This document shows, piece by piece, positions 9,623 to 19,634 of a stretch of 64,000 nucleotides of DNA. Made by a program: the position numbers and the translations under genes. The notes under the pieces were generated by a model that did not search any database, had not been told where the DNA came from, and saw only the letters and a program-made list of their open reading frames with translations. The stretch's first letter is position 1, and the number at the start of each line of letters is the position of its first letter. The stretch is from Candidatus Woesearchaeota archaeon (GTDB taxonomy: Archaea; Nanobdellota; Nanobdellia; SCGC-AAA011-G17; GW2011-AR18), in the NCBI GenBank assembly GCA_018302105.1, contig JAGWAD010000022.1:13434-77433 (forward strand), given 5' to 3'.

Positions 9623-10198
9623 TTACATTGATAATTTTTCAACCTTTCTCTGTTTTTTAACTAAATCAAGGATTAATCTTTGTAAATCCTCAGGATTATT
9701 AATAGCAAATATTGTACCTTTACTCACAGCATTGTAATTTCCAATTCCACCACCAACACTCCCAGAACCAAAAGTATCCAAATGTAAACTTGGAGTGCCA
9801 AATATTTGTTGAAATAGAGATCTTGAGATTACAACATCAACTATTCTTTCTAATGGAAGAGAAGTTACTGAATATCCAAAAAATCCTCTTCTGAAAATAA
9901 CTCTTTGATTTGTAATCCAGTATTTTTCTTTAGTATATCTTATTAAAGAACTAATTAAACTTATTAAAATTAAAAAGAAAATTATATCTATTACTATAAA
10001 CCAATTAAATGAATCAAATATATTTTTTCTGCTTGTAAATAACCCAATTAAAAAAGCAATAATAAAATAAAAGAAAGCTCCAGTTATTGCATTCTGAAAT
10101 ATAAACATTTTATTAGGTTTAATTGTTTGAATAATATTTTCCCTTTCCTGTAAATGAAATGGTAATTTTTCCATAGAATAAAAGAAACAATAAGACAT
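9623..10198 (-). CDS. membrane protein with bacterial-type PH domain (bPH_2/YdbT-like)
   Basis: Two TM helices followed by YWITNQRVIFRRGFFG, the hallmark of PF03703. Confidence 0.65.
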   Translation of the reverse strand: MSYCFFYSMEKLPFHLQERENIIQTIKPNKMFIFQNAITGAFFYFIIAFLIGLFTSRKNIFDSFNWFIVIDIIFFLILISLISSLIRYTKEKYWITNQRVIFRRGFFGYSVTSLPLERIVDVVISRSLFQQIFGTPSLHLDTFGSGSVGGGIGNYNAVSKGTIFAINNPEDLQRLILDLVKKQRKVEKLSM

Positions 10199-10208
10199 AT
10201 AAAACTTA

Positions 10209-10796
10209 CTAAGAATAAAATAAATCCATTATTTCAGCTTCTTTTAATAAATTTTTATGCATTTCTTTTAATTTTGTATCAACTTGGATATATTCAACAC
10301 CATAATTACTTACAGTTTCTTTTGTTGTTTTATTTTCCTTCCATGTTAATCCATTTGTACATACATTACTTAAAATAGGCTGTATCTTATCTATTGCTTT
10401 TACAAACTTAGCTTCTGGAGATTTGCATTCCTCATATTCCCTAAATAATTTATACAATTCTTCGCCTAAATCTTCTGGTAAGATACCAAACAATTCTTTA
10501 GCAGCTTTTTCTTCTCTTTCAGCTTTTGTTTTTTTACCTTCATCATCAAATGCATAAGTATCTCCAGCATATAATTCTGGCAGGTCATGCAATAATGCAA
10601 GTTTAAAGACTTTGCTTAAATCTAAATTTAAATCTAATTCTTTATTTAGCAATAAACCAAACATGCACAAATGCCATGTATGTTCTGCATCACTTTCATT
10701 TCTTCGTTTATCTAAAAGTATTCTTCTATATATAGTCTTAAATCCTTCAATTTCCTTAAGGAAACTCACAATTTTTGTCAATCTGTTGTCTTTCAT
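10209..10796 (-). CDS. HD-domain phosphohydrolase (YfbR-like 5'-deoxynucleotidase family)
   Basis: ESDAEHTWHL ... LLHDLPE ... GD metal-binding motifs. Confidence 0.7.
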   Translation of the reverse strand: MKDNRLTKIVSFLKEIEGFKTIYRRILLDKRRNESDAEHTWHLCMFGLLLNKELDLNLDLSKVFKLALLHDLPELYAGDTYAFDDEGKKTKAEREEKAAKELFGILPEDLGEELYKLFREYEECKSPEAKFVKAIDKIQPILSNVCTNGLTWKENKTTKETVSNYGVEYIQVDTKLKEMHKNLLKEAEIMDLFYS

Positions 10797-10884
10797 AACA
10801 TTAAATTAGAAATTGAAATATATAATCTATTGTGGTGAATATTAACACCTTAAGGCTTTTAGATTTTTAGTTTATATAAAAAAC

Positions 10885-11577
10885 ATGGAATTGGATAATT
10901 ATATAATTAAGAAAGGAAAAATTCAAGAAGTTCATGAATTAATTAAAGATTTTCATAATAACTTATTTTCTAATGAACATATGCAGGAGGTTCTTTTTAG
11001 AAATACTAGTCTTTCTTACAATAAACCAAATTCATACCATTCGATAAAATCTGCTGTAATTTTGAGAGAGCAAACAAAAATTCACTTGCAGTATTTAGAA
11101 TATTCAATCGATTTAGCAATCAAACCAGGAATTATAGAAGTAAATTTTGATATTGGAAAATTAACAGGAGAACATTTAATTGATGGTTATCCAAGGGAAA
11201 TTATAGAATCGCTTCAAAAAGGTTGGTTTGAAAATTTAAATACGGTTGAAATAATAAGGAAATACCAAAAAAATCTCAACGATGCGTTTAATTCTTTTAA
11301 CATGCAGTTTATTCTTTCTATTTTAAACAGAGCCCCATATGGTTTATTTTTCGATTGTGAAAATTGCAAGGAATTGGGAGACAAAGTTAATTTACTTTTA
11401 GACAGAGCCGAATTTAGGAATGAAGAAGTTAACCCTTTAGAGTCAGTATATTATAATAATGCAGTAAGAAATTTTAGAATTGCAGGTACATACTGGCAAC
11501 AGCTTGATAAAGATTCATATGGAAGAAATTTTAGATTAACAATAGAAGAAGTAATGGGAGGATTAAAAAATAAATAG
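10885..11577 (+). CDS. hypothetical protein
   Basis: 230-aa ORF with no motifs. Confidence 0.4.
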   Translation: MELDNYIIKKGKIQEVHELIKDFHNNLFSNEHMQEVLFRNTSLSYNKPNSYHSIKSAVILREQTKIHLQYLEYSIDLAIKPGIIEVNFDIGKLTGEHLIDGYPREIIESLQKGWFENLNTVEIIRKYQKNLNDAFNSFNMQFILSILNRAPYGLFFDCENCKELGDKVNLLLDRAEFRNEEVNPLESVYYNNAVRNFRIAGTYWQQLDKDSYGRNFRLTIEEVMGGLKNK

Positions 11578-11667
11578 CCCCGGGCAGATTCGAACTGCCG
11601 TCAATGGCTTTCTTTAAGCATTATGCCTACCAAAGGCCACTATCCTTGGCCGCTAGACGACGGGGCT
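11575..11667 (-). tRNA. tRNA-Gln (anticodon TTG) with an intron of about 20 nt in the anticodon loop
   Basis: Acceptor AGCCCCG/CGGGGCT, discriminator A. D-arm is nearly identical to the tRNA-Gln(CTG). Anticodon stem GTGGC/GCCAT with loop CTTTGG interrupted by AGGCATAATGCTTAAAGAAA. T-arm GGCAG-TTCGAAT-CTGCC. Confidence 0.7.
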
Positions 11668-11693
11668 GTGAACTATTGATAAGAGAATGATTC

Positions 11694-11704
11694 TATTTTT
11701 AAAA
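11694..11704 (-). promoter_or_regulatory. TATA-like element upstream of tRNA-Gln(TTG)
   Basis: TTTTAAAAATA about 30 nt upstream of the tRNA 5' end on the minus strand. Confidence 0.25.
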
Positions 11705-11712
11705 GTTTAGTT

Positions 11713-12118
11713 TTAAGCAGCGTCTCTTCTTCTTGCTTCATATTCTGCTGTTAAGCCAGAAGCGACCTTGGAATCCTGATCAAATTCAATTCTGGCAGTA
11801 TTTAGAAATCCTAAAACGTTACTAGGCATATTTTTTTTGGATTTAGAATTTGTTATCTTTGCAATTAATCTTTTTAAATTTGGATTAAAAGTTTGAATTT
11901 TTTGAAATACTTTAGCAATTTTCATATATTGATTGAAATTTACTTCCATTATACAAGGATTTTCCCATGTTGAAATTTGCTTTTTTCATTCTTATATCAA
12001 TTATTTTATCATATGCATTAATCACTTCAGCTTTCAATCCCATAGGTCTAACTTGATCAATATAATCTTCAATACCTAATTCCTTTTTTTCAAATCCAAA
12101 AAAAGCTGATAATCCCAT
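11713..12118 (-). CDS. small hypothetical protein split over two overlapping frames (11912-12118 and 11713-11949), possibly frameshifted
   Basis: The two ORFs overlap by 38 nt. Removing one A from the A6 run (ATGAAAAAAGC) joins them into a single protein of about 136 aa. Lies immediately downstream of bud32. Confidence 0.3.
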
Positions 12119-12124
12119 TATTCA

Positions 12125-12751
12125 TTAAGATTTTTTCTTATTTTTATATCTTCCTCTTCCTTCGACAATATCTAGCCTCTTAAATATTGCTTCAGAATTA
12201 TTGCTATTTTCTTTATAACTATCAATCACAGCTTCAAAGCTTGATTTATAATGCTTAAAATGTTTGCTTTCAAGTGCCTGCCTTAACAGATGTAAATCAA
12301 CAGCCTTATGTTCTATTTTATGATCTATAAAACCCAGTCCAAAATCAATAAAATATACTTTATTATCTTTTAATATCATATTTGAAGTTGTTAAATCTCC
12401 ATGTATTATATTGTTATTATGCAACAAAGCAACTTCTTTTCCAATTAATTTGCATATTTTTATTCTATCTTTGTCATTACATTCATCTAAACAATCAGCT
12501 ATTTTATCTCCATTAATATACTCCATAGAAATTGAAAATTCACTCTTAGCTAATATTTTCGGAACATTGATTATTTTTACAGATTTTTCTAAAATATTTA
12601 TTTCCCTTTTAGTTCTGGATTTTCTTATTTTTTCATCAAGTTCTTTTATTCTGTAATTTTTAGAAACTCTTTCTTTGATTATAATCGCTTTATTACTCTG
12701 CGAATGTCGATATATCTTGGCTTCTGCTCCTTGTGCAATTAATTCTTTCAT
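12125..12751 (-). CDS. bud32: Kae1-associated kinase Bud32 (KEOPS subunit, RIO-like)
   Basis: LIAQGAEAKIY glycine-rich loop, IIHGDLTTSNMIL catalytic loop, FIDFGLG. About 208 aa. Confidence 0.8.
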   Translation of the reverse strand: MKELIAQGAEAKIYRHSQSNKAIIIKERVSKNYRIKELDEKIRKSRTKREINILEKSVKIINVPKILAKSEFSISMEYINGDKIADCLDECNDKDRIKICKLIGKEVALLHNNNIIHGDLTTSNMILKDNKVYFIDFGLGFIDHKIEHKAVDLHLLRQALESKHFKHYKSSFEAVIDSYKENSNNSEAIFKRLDIVEGRGRYKNKKKS

Positions 12752-12850
12752 ATTAGATGTATCAAACTTAAGGTTTATAAAATTTGATATTCGATATTAA
12801 GAACAATTATTGGGTGATAACTTTAAATAATTTTCTAAAATATTAAAACT

Positions 12851-13681
12851 ATGAAAAATAAAATATTATTGCTGGCAGGTGCAACTTTAATAGGCCTGGC
12901 CTTTTTTGCAGGCACAAAGTTTACTGAAAATAATATTAAGAAACTCTCAAGAACTGAAGATTCAAGCAGTTTAGAAGAAACAGTATCAAAAATAAAATCT
13001 GATTCTTTTAGTGAAGGTTGTATTGCAAGAGAAATAGAAATTGGAAATTCTATAATTTTATATGAAAAAAATGGTTTTATGGATTTCAGTAAAACTTTAT
13101 CAAAAGAAGGAGGATTAACATTAATTTCTCCAGAAGGAATATCAAATTTCATTAAATATTCAGACCCTGTATGTAATTTAGATCCACAAGAATTATTAAA
13201 ATCTGTCAAAGAAATTGGAGAATTCGGAGTATCTAGAGGCATTAGGATCCATAATGGTGTTGATCTTCCTGCAAAAATTGGTGAACCAGTATGTCCAATA
13301 GATAGAGGATTAGTAATCTATTCAGACAATCTAAGATTAAATGGAGGCAATAGAAATATAGATTATGGAAATACAATTATTATTGTTCATCCACAAAAAG
13401 GAATTACAAGCTTATATGCACATTTGAATGAATTAACTGTAAAGGAAAGTGATTATGTTTTTGCAAATCAGCAAATAGGCGCTGTTGGAATGACTGGAAA
13501 TTTAAGTTTTGCAAAGGGACAATTTAAGTACTCACATTTACATTTTGAATTATTCAAAGGAAATCCTTCAGTAGATGATATAAAAACAAAGTTTTTAGAA
13601 AGATTAAATCCAAGAATGATCTTTGGTTTCATGCAAAATGGGGAAAATATTGAATTATTTAAAAAATTATATGAAAAATAA
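12851..13681 (+). CDS. secreted M23 family (LytM-type) metallopeptidase
   Basis: N-terminal signal/anchor MKNKILLLAGATLIGLAFFAG. M23 motifs HNGVD, YAHL and GxxGxTGN...HLHFE. Confidence 0.8.
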   Translation: MKNKILLLAGATLIGLAFFAGTKFTENNIKKLSRTEDSSSLEETVSKIKSDSFSEGCIAREIEIGNSIILYEKNGFMDFSKTLSKEGGLTLISPEGISNFIKYSDPVCNLDPQELLKSVKEIGEFGVSRGIRIHNGVDLPAKIGEPVCPIDRGLVIYSDNLRLNGGNRNIDYGNTIIIVHPQKGITSLYAHLNELTVKESDYVFANQQIGAVGMTGNLSFAKGQFKYSHLHFELFKGNPSVDDIKTKFLERLNPRMIFGFMQNGENIELFKKLYEK

Positions 13682-13683
13682 CT

Positions 13684-15048
13684 TTACATTCCAAAACCAG
13701 CAGGCATTTTTCCTTTGAATTTTTTCATCAATTTATTAATATCCTGTTCATTGCCACCCAATCCTTTCATAGATTTCATCATTTTCTTAGTCTGCCTGTA
13801 TTGTTTTAACAATTCTCTAATTAATTGTTCAGAAACACCTGAACCTTTGGAAATTCTTTCAATTCTGCTGGCATCCAATATTTCTGGATCTTCTAATTCT
13901 TCTTTTGTCATACTATTCAAAGCATATTTCCAATATTTCATTTTAGCTTCTTGTCCTTCAAGCATTTCTTTTGGAATATTTGCTTTTGAAAATCCAGGTA
14001 TTAATTCTACTAATTTACTTAATGAACCCATTTTATTCATTGCTTCCATTTGTTCATACAAATCTAAGAAATTAAATTCACCTTTCAATAATTTTTTACT
14101 CATATCTTTTGCAGTTTCTTCAGTTATAGACTCTTTGGCTTTCTCTAGTAAAGATTCCAAATCCCCCATACCTAAAATTCTAGAAACAAAACCAGGAGGA
14201 TTGAAAGTTTCTAAATCATCCACTTTTTCTCCAAGCCCAATAAATTTAATTGGAGCTCCAGAAACCGAACAAGCTGATATTGCTCCTCCACCTTTAGCAG
14301 TTCCATCTAATTTAGTTACTATAATCCCGGTAATTCCACATGCATCATGAAAAGCTTTGGCTTGTGTTTGTGCAGCCTGTCCTATATCAGCAGATAATAC
14401 AAGCAAATTTTCATTTGTCTTTATTGTTTTATTCAAATCTTCAATTTCTTTAATTAATTCTTTATCTAAAGCATGTCTTCCAGAAGTATCTATGATTATT
14501 ATATCATAATTATTTAATTCTTTTTCATAATTTTTATAAATTTTTAATGGGTTCTTTTCTTTCTTGTCTATAAAAACAGGAATATTTATTGATTTACAAA
14601 CTTGTTCTAGTTGATCCATTGCAGCAGGCCTGTAAACATCTAATCCAACAGCAGCTATTTTATATCCTCTTTTAGAATAATATTTTGCTAATTTTCCAAT
14701 GGTTGTAGTTTTTCCTGAGCCCAGTAATCCAACCATCATAATTTTAAATGGCTTCTGACTAATCTCAATCTTGGCTCCTTCTCCACCCATAAATTTTACT
14801 AGTTCATCATAAACAATTTTTATTAAATATTCTTTCTGGCTCATTCCAGCAGGAGGTTTTTCTTTTAATGCTCTTTCTTTTATTGTCTTAGAAAGATCCA
14901 GAACAAGTTTAACATTGACATCAGATGATAGCAAAGCTCTTTGAATATCTTTTACTAATTCATCTATTAATTTTTCATCAACAAACATAGCTTTGGCTAT
15001 TTTAGATAAAGTGTTCTTTAAAGAGTCACTTAACTTGTCTAATACCAT
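13684..15048 (-). CDS. srp54: signal recognition particle protein SRP54
   Basis: GLLGSGKTTT P-loop, DTSGRH and TKLDG motifs of the NG domain, and a Met-rich C-terminal M domain. Confidence 0.95.
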   Translation of the reverse strand: MVLDKLSDSLKNTLSKIAKAMFVDEKLIDELVKDIQRALLSSDVNVKLVLDLSKTIKERALKEKPPAGMSQKEYLIKIVYDELVKFMGGEGAKIEISQKPFKIMMVGLLGSGKTTTIGKLAKYYSKRGYKIAAVGLDVYRPAAMDQLEQVCKSINIPVFIDKKEKNPLKIYKNYEKELNNYDIIIIDTSGRHALDKELIKEIEDLNKTIKTNENLLVLSADIGQAAQTQAKAFHDACGITGIIVTKLDGTAKGGGAISACSVSGAPIKFIGLGEKVDDLETFNPPGFVSRILGMGDLESLLEKAKESITEETAKDMSKKLLKGEFNFLDLYEQMEAMNKMGSLSKLVELIPGFSKANIPKEMLEGQEAKMKYWKYALNSMTKEELEDPEILDASRIERISKGSGVSEQLIRELLKQYRQTKKMMKSMKGLGGNEQDINKLMKKFKGKMPAGFGM

Positions 15049-15236
15049 GAAATATTAAATATAAAATACTTTAAAAAGCTTTATATCACAAAATATATTG
15101 AACTTTGAAATGGTAAAAAAGAGACTTCTATCTATTTTGATTGCTACAGCCCTTGCATCAGCAGTTACTGCTCATTTGTCTTTAGAATATTATAGATCTG
15201 AATTAAACAGAAGAATTATTCCTGCAGAAACTATAA

Positions 15237-15914
15237 ATGAAAAAAAATTTTGGATTCTCAGAGTCTAAATATAAAAAGCCTGAAGTTACAGAACAATCAC
15301 AAGATATAGCCAAATTGTTAACAAAATTAATTGAAATTAGTAAAAAATTAGACACTCTTAAATATAAAATAAAAGATACTGAAGATTTTTTAGTCGATGA
15401 GGGCGGAGAAATTATGAGCTATTACAAATTCAAAAGATTTGTAAAAGAAATGATAGAATCTCAAGAAAATAAATTATCAGAACTTACAGTAAATTTCAAT
15501 AAATTCTTTTCAGAAAATAAAGAATTAATAAAAGGATATTTAAGTTATAAAATGAAAATAAAGATTTCAGAAGCAGAAGAAGCAGTTGAGATGGTTAAAC
15601 ATTTTAAAGGGGGATTAAATAAATTTCTTGCAACTAAAAAAGAACTTGAAAATTTACAATCAGAAATAAATAAAGAATTATTAATCGCATCAAATCTTGA
15701 ATCCTCAAAATCTTTAGAAGAATTCGGAAATCAAATGAATGTATTAAATGAAAGAATATCTCAAATTATAGAAATTTACGAATTGGCAATAGAAAAAACT
15801 AAAATTTTAGTATCAATGTGGGAAAAAGCTCTTCAAGAATTTGACATTGATGGGAGTTATAGGCAGGGCTTTTTAGAAGAAAGATGGGAAATACCAAAAA
15901 TTATAAAATATTAA
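15237..15914 (+). CDS. coiled-coil hypothetical protein, possibly N-terminally extended from 15110
   Basis: 225 aa, K/E-rich and helical. The upstream 52-aa ORF (15110-15268) encodes a signal-anchor-like peptide and would fuse in frame if the A8 run at 15240-15247 were A7. Confidence 0.45.
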   Translation: MKKNFGFSESKYKKPEVTEQSQDIAKLLTKLIEISKKLDTLKYKIKDTEDFLVDEGGEIMSYYKFKRFVKEMIESQENKLSELTVNFNKFFSENKELIKGYLSYKMKIKISEAEEAVEMVKHFKGGLNKFLATKKELENLQSEINKELLIASNLESSKSLEEFGNQMNVLNERISQIIEIYELAIEKTKILVSMWEKALQEFDIDGSYRQGFLEERWEIPKIIKY

Positions 15915-15959
15915 ATAATTTTCATATTATTTTAAATACTTATAAACTACAATAAAGAT

Positions 15960-17185
15960 ATGGCCATTTTTCAAGGATTAAATAAAAAGCAAATTTTTTC
16001 ATGGGCTTTATTCGATTTTGCAAATTCTTCTTATTCATTATTAATAATAAGTTTTGTATTTCCAATTTTCTTTAAAGAAGTGATAGCAGGATCAAATGGA
16101 GATTTCTGGTGGGGATTAAATATAAGCATATCGATTCTAATTGGTGGGTTATTATCACCAATAATTGGAGCAATAGTAGATCATGATTCAAGAAAGAAAA
16201 TTAAATTCATAATATTCACATCATTATCAATTATAGGAACAGCTTTATTATTTTTTACAGGTTCAAATCTTTTATTAATCTCTTCATTATTATTTATATT
16301 AACAAATGTTTGTTTTGAAATAGCCCAAACTATTTATGACTCATTTCTTTTGCATGTTTCAACTAAAGAAAAAATAGGCTTAGTTTCTGGCTTAGGCTGG
16401 GGTTTAGGTTATATTGGAGGAATTGCAGCATTATTACTATTCAAACCTTTATATGGTCTAGGCTATGAAAATAATTTATTTTTATATAAACTAACTTTTC
16501 CATTAACTGCTTTATTTTTCTTAACATTTTCCTTGCCAATATTTATTTTTTTAAAAGAACAAAAATCACAAAACAAATACAAATTATTTGAATTGATAAA
16601 GATCGGTTATTCTAGAATAAAAGATACATTAAAAAATATAAAGACACATAAAAACATTGGAATTTTTCTTTTAGCTTTTTATTTTATGAGTGATGCTTTA
16701 GTAACTTTATTTTCTTTCATGGCAATATATGCAAGAGACACAATTAAATTATCAGTATCAGAAATTACAATAGCTCTATTTTTAGTCCAGATTATAGGAT
16801 TTCCAAGTGCAGTTTTATTTGGTTATTTAAGCGATAAAAAAGGTGCAAAAAAATATTATTAACAACATTGATAATTTGGATGCTGATTATAATAATATTA
16901 TTCTTTACTAAAACCAAATTCTTATTTTATGTAGTTGCAATATTAGCAGGTTTAGTTATAGGTTCTAGTCAGAGTGTTGCAAGATCTTGGCTTGCGAGAA
17001 TAATTCCAGAAAATAAGAAAGCTGAATTTTTCGGTTTTAATGGTTTTTCAAGTAAAATTGCAGCAACAACTGGACCATTAATTTTTGGCACAGTATCAGT
17101 ATTATTTAATCAAAGATTAGCTTTAATTCCATTAATACTGTTTTTCTTGATATCATTTATTTTATTTTACAAAGTAAAAGAATGA
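15960..17185 (+). pseudogene. MFS transporter (UMF1/Atg22-like family) broken by a frameshift
   Basis: WALFDFANSSY is the family N-terminal motif. ORF 15960-16862 ends KKGAKKYY*, and ORF 16868-17185 continues the TM topology in another frame. Inserting one A in the A7 run near 16850 restores ...GAKKILLTTLIIWML.... Confidence 0.6.
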
Positions 17186-17222
17186 TTTAGAAATATTTAT
17201 ATTAACTATTAAAACAGTAATA

Positions 17223-17939
17223 TTGATGAAAAAAGAGATAAATCATAAATCAAATAAAATTAATTTTAAAAATTTCATTTTAGGTGGCCAGGATGGCATA
17301 GTAAACGTTTTAGGTCTAGTCTTAGGTGTAGCTTCAGCAACTTCAGATGTAAAATTAGTTATAATCGCAGGTTTAGTATCTCTAGTAGCAGAATCCATCT
17401 CAATGGGTGCTGTTGCATATACTTCTAGTAAAGCAGCCAAGGATTATTATTTAAGTAGATTAAAAGAAGAAGCAAAAGAAATAAAATCAGAACCAAGTTT
17501 AGAAAAAAAACAAATAGAAAAAATATATTACAATAAAGGTTTTAGAGGAAATTTATTAAATAATATTGTAAATAAAATAACATCAAATAAAAAAGAATGG
17601 TTAAATACAATAATGCAGGATGAACACAATCTTTCACCAGAAGAATATGAAAAACCAATGAAAATAGCAGGTATTGTTGGATTAGCTACTGTTATAGGTT
17701 CTATAATTCCAATATTGCCTTTCCTTTTATTAAATATTAAAAATGGAATTATTGTTTCATTAATCTTTTCTGCTTTAATATTATTCCTTGTAGGTGCATT
17801 AAAAGCAAAATTAAGTATAGGAAATTGGAAAAGTTCAGGTCTACAATTAATGTTAATCGGAATATTATCTGCAATATTAGGTTATCTTGTTGGATTTGGA
17901 TTAAAAGTTTTATTTAATTTAGATGGAATTATCGTTTGA
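17223..17939 (+). CDS. VIT1/CCC1 family iron/manganese transporter
   Basis: GGQDGIVNVLGLVLGVA N-terminal signature and a C-terminal TM block. Confidence 0.75.
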   Translation: MMKKEINHKSNKINFKNFILGGQDGIVNVLGLVLGVASATSDVKLVIIAGLVSLVAESISMGAVAYTSSKAAKDYYLSRLKEEAKEIKSEPSLEKKQIEKIYYNKGFRGNLLNNIVNKITSNKKEWLNTIMQDEHNLSPEEYEKPMKIAGIVGLATVIGSIIPILPFLLLNIKNGIIVSLIFSALILFLVGALKAKLSIGNWKSSGLQLMLIGILSAILGYLVGFGLKVLFNLDGIIV

Positions 17940-17953
17940 TAATAAATAAAATA

Positions 17954-19393
17954 TCAGAAACCAAGATTACTCATAACTTCTTTTTCATTAAATTCTTTTA
18001 AATCTTCAACATTTTGCCCAGTTCCTAAGTATACTATCGGTCTATGTGTGACATAAGAGGTCGATATTATAGCTCCGCCTTTTTCATCAACATCTGCCTT
18101 AGCAAGAATAATTCCATCAATTCCAACTGTTTCATTAAATTCCTTTGCTTGTTCTGTGCAATCATTTCCAGTAATTGCTTCACCTACAAATATTTTCAAA
18201 TCTGGTTTTGCAATTCTGACAATTTTTTCCATTTCTCTCATTAAATCTTTATTTGAATGTTGTCTTCCCGCAGTATCTATTAATACAACATCAGAATTAT
18301 GAGCTTTAGCATAAGAAATTGCATCAAATGCAACAGCTGCAGGATCACTTCCATAATCATGAGCAACAACTTTTACATTTAGTCTATTCCCCCATTCTTT
18401 TAATTGCTGGATTGCTGCTGCACGGAAAGTATCTGAAGCAGACAAAACAACAGACAATCCTTCTTGCCTTAACAAGTGTGTCAGTTTAGCTATGCTTGTT
18501 GTTTTTCCAGATCCATTCTGTCCTACAAAACAAATGACAAAAGGCTTTTCATTTTTCTCATTAATTTTTCTCATTAAATTTATTTTAGGAACTAAGAATA
18601 AATCTTCTATGCTTTCTTTTAGTCCATTTTTAATCTCTTCTTCAACTTCTCCTCTTTTTATTGGTTTATCTACTAAGTCTTTTTTCAAATCTGTTTTAAT
18701 CTTATCAACTACTTCAAATGCAACATTATTTTCCAATAAAGCAAGTTCTAATTCATAAAATAGTTCTTCAAATTTATCTTCAGAAATTTTAGTTGTGGTT
18801 ATCTTTTCTTTTATGGTTCCAAAAAATCCTTTTTTCTCTTCAGGTTTTTCTTCAGATTTTGTTTCCTCTTTTATAATCTCTTTTTTTTCATCTGCAGTTT
18901 CTATTTTTTCTTCTTTTTTAATAAATTTATCTTTTAATTTAGAAAAAAATCCTTTCTTCTCTTCCTTTACTTCTATTTCTTCTTCAGGTTTAATTAATTC
19001 AGCTTCTTTGAATTCAGACTCTTTAATTTCTGATAATTCTTTTTTATCTTTGGTTAGTTCTTTTTTCTCAATTGGCTCTTTACTTATATTTCCTTCTTCT
19101 TCAGATTCATCTTGTTTTTCTATTGCTTCTGAAATTGAAATTTTTTTACTATTTTTTTCTGGATGTTCTTTTTTTGCCTCTGGCTTTTTCTTTTCATGTT
19201 TGGAATCTTTTTTCTTCTCAATTTTAACTTTTTCTTCTGGCTTTTTTTTAATCTCTGCAGTTTCTATTTTTTCTTCTTCAAATTGTTTCTTTAACTCTTC
19301 TTTCGGACTTTCATCTTCTATACTCTTAGAAAACTTGGAAATTGCTCCTTTTATTTTATCTTTTAAAAATTTAAACATACGAATATAAACCAA
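17954..19393 (-). CDS. ftsY: signal recognition particle receptor FtsY
   Basis: C-terminal NG domain with FVGQNGSGKTTS, DTAGRQ and AKADVDEKGG. About 300 aa of K/E-rich repetitive A-domain at the N-terminus. Confidence 0.9.
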   Translation of the reverse strand: MVYIRMFKFLKDKIKGAISKFSKSIEDESPKEELKKQFEEEKIETAEIKKKPEEKVKIEKKKDSKHEKKKPEAKKEHPEKNSKKISISEAIEKQDESEEEGNISKEPIEKKELTKDKKELSEIKESEFKEAELIKPEEEIEVKEEKKGFFSKLKDKFIKKEEKIETADEKKEIIKEETKSEEKPEEKKGFFGTIKEKITTTKISEDKFEELFYELELALLENNVAFEVVDKIKTDLKKDLVDKPIKRGEVEEEIKNGLKESIEDLFLVPKINLMRKINEKNEKPFVICFVGQNGSGKTTSIAKLTHLLRQEGLSVVLSASDTFRAAAIQQLKEWGNRLNVKVVAHDYGSDPAAVAFDAISYAKAHNSDVVLIDTAGRQHSNKDLMREMEKIVRIAKPDLKIFVGEAITGNDCTEQAKEFNETVGIDGIILAKADVDEKGGAIISTSYVTHRPIVYLGTGQNVEDLKEFNEKEVMSNLGF

Positions 19394-19416
19394 TCTATAT
19401 TTAAAAGTCTTTTGAA

Positions 19417-19608
19417 TTAATTATAATACTTGTCTCTTTGTTCTTGATTTGGTCTGTATACTATAAGCCCAATAAAATTACAAAGAGGTTGATTAATAAA
19501 ACGATAATTTAGCTCATCAAACAAGGGTTCGATCTCATGCAATGCTGCATTCCTGTCTCCAATGTCTACAAGATCCAAAATTTTTTCAATATCCATAAGT
19601 TCCAACAA
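19417..19608 (-). CDS. small hypothetical protein
   Basis: 63-aa ORF in a short intergenic gap. No support beyond the ORF itself. Confidence 0.2.
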   Translation of the reverse strand: MLELMDIEKILDLVDIGDRNAALHEIEPLFDELNYRFINQPLCNFIGLIVYRPNQEQRDKYYN

Positions 19609-19634
19609 TTTAGGAAGTTATAAAAGACTTTTCA

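Noticed and set aside
13715-14350. Long ORFs on the strand opposite SRP54. The same holds for FtsY (18492-19388), DnaK (48207-49497), DnaJ (47334-47787), the liv genes (23427-23729, 26012-26305) and apgM (22671-23021).
   Set aside because: These are shadow ORFs inside well-supported conserved genes. They are S/F/L-rich with no motifs.
17954-19393. K/E-rich repetitive DNA in the first half of ftsY (repeated EKKGFF... units) as a possible repeat or CRISPR-like array
   Set aside because: It is in frame and coding. It corresponds to the known low-complexity acidic A-domain of FtsY, with no spacer/repeat periodicity.
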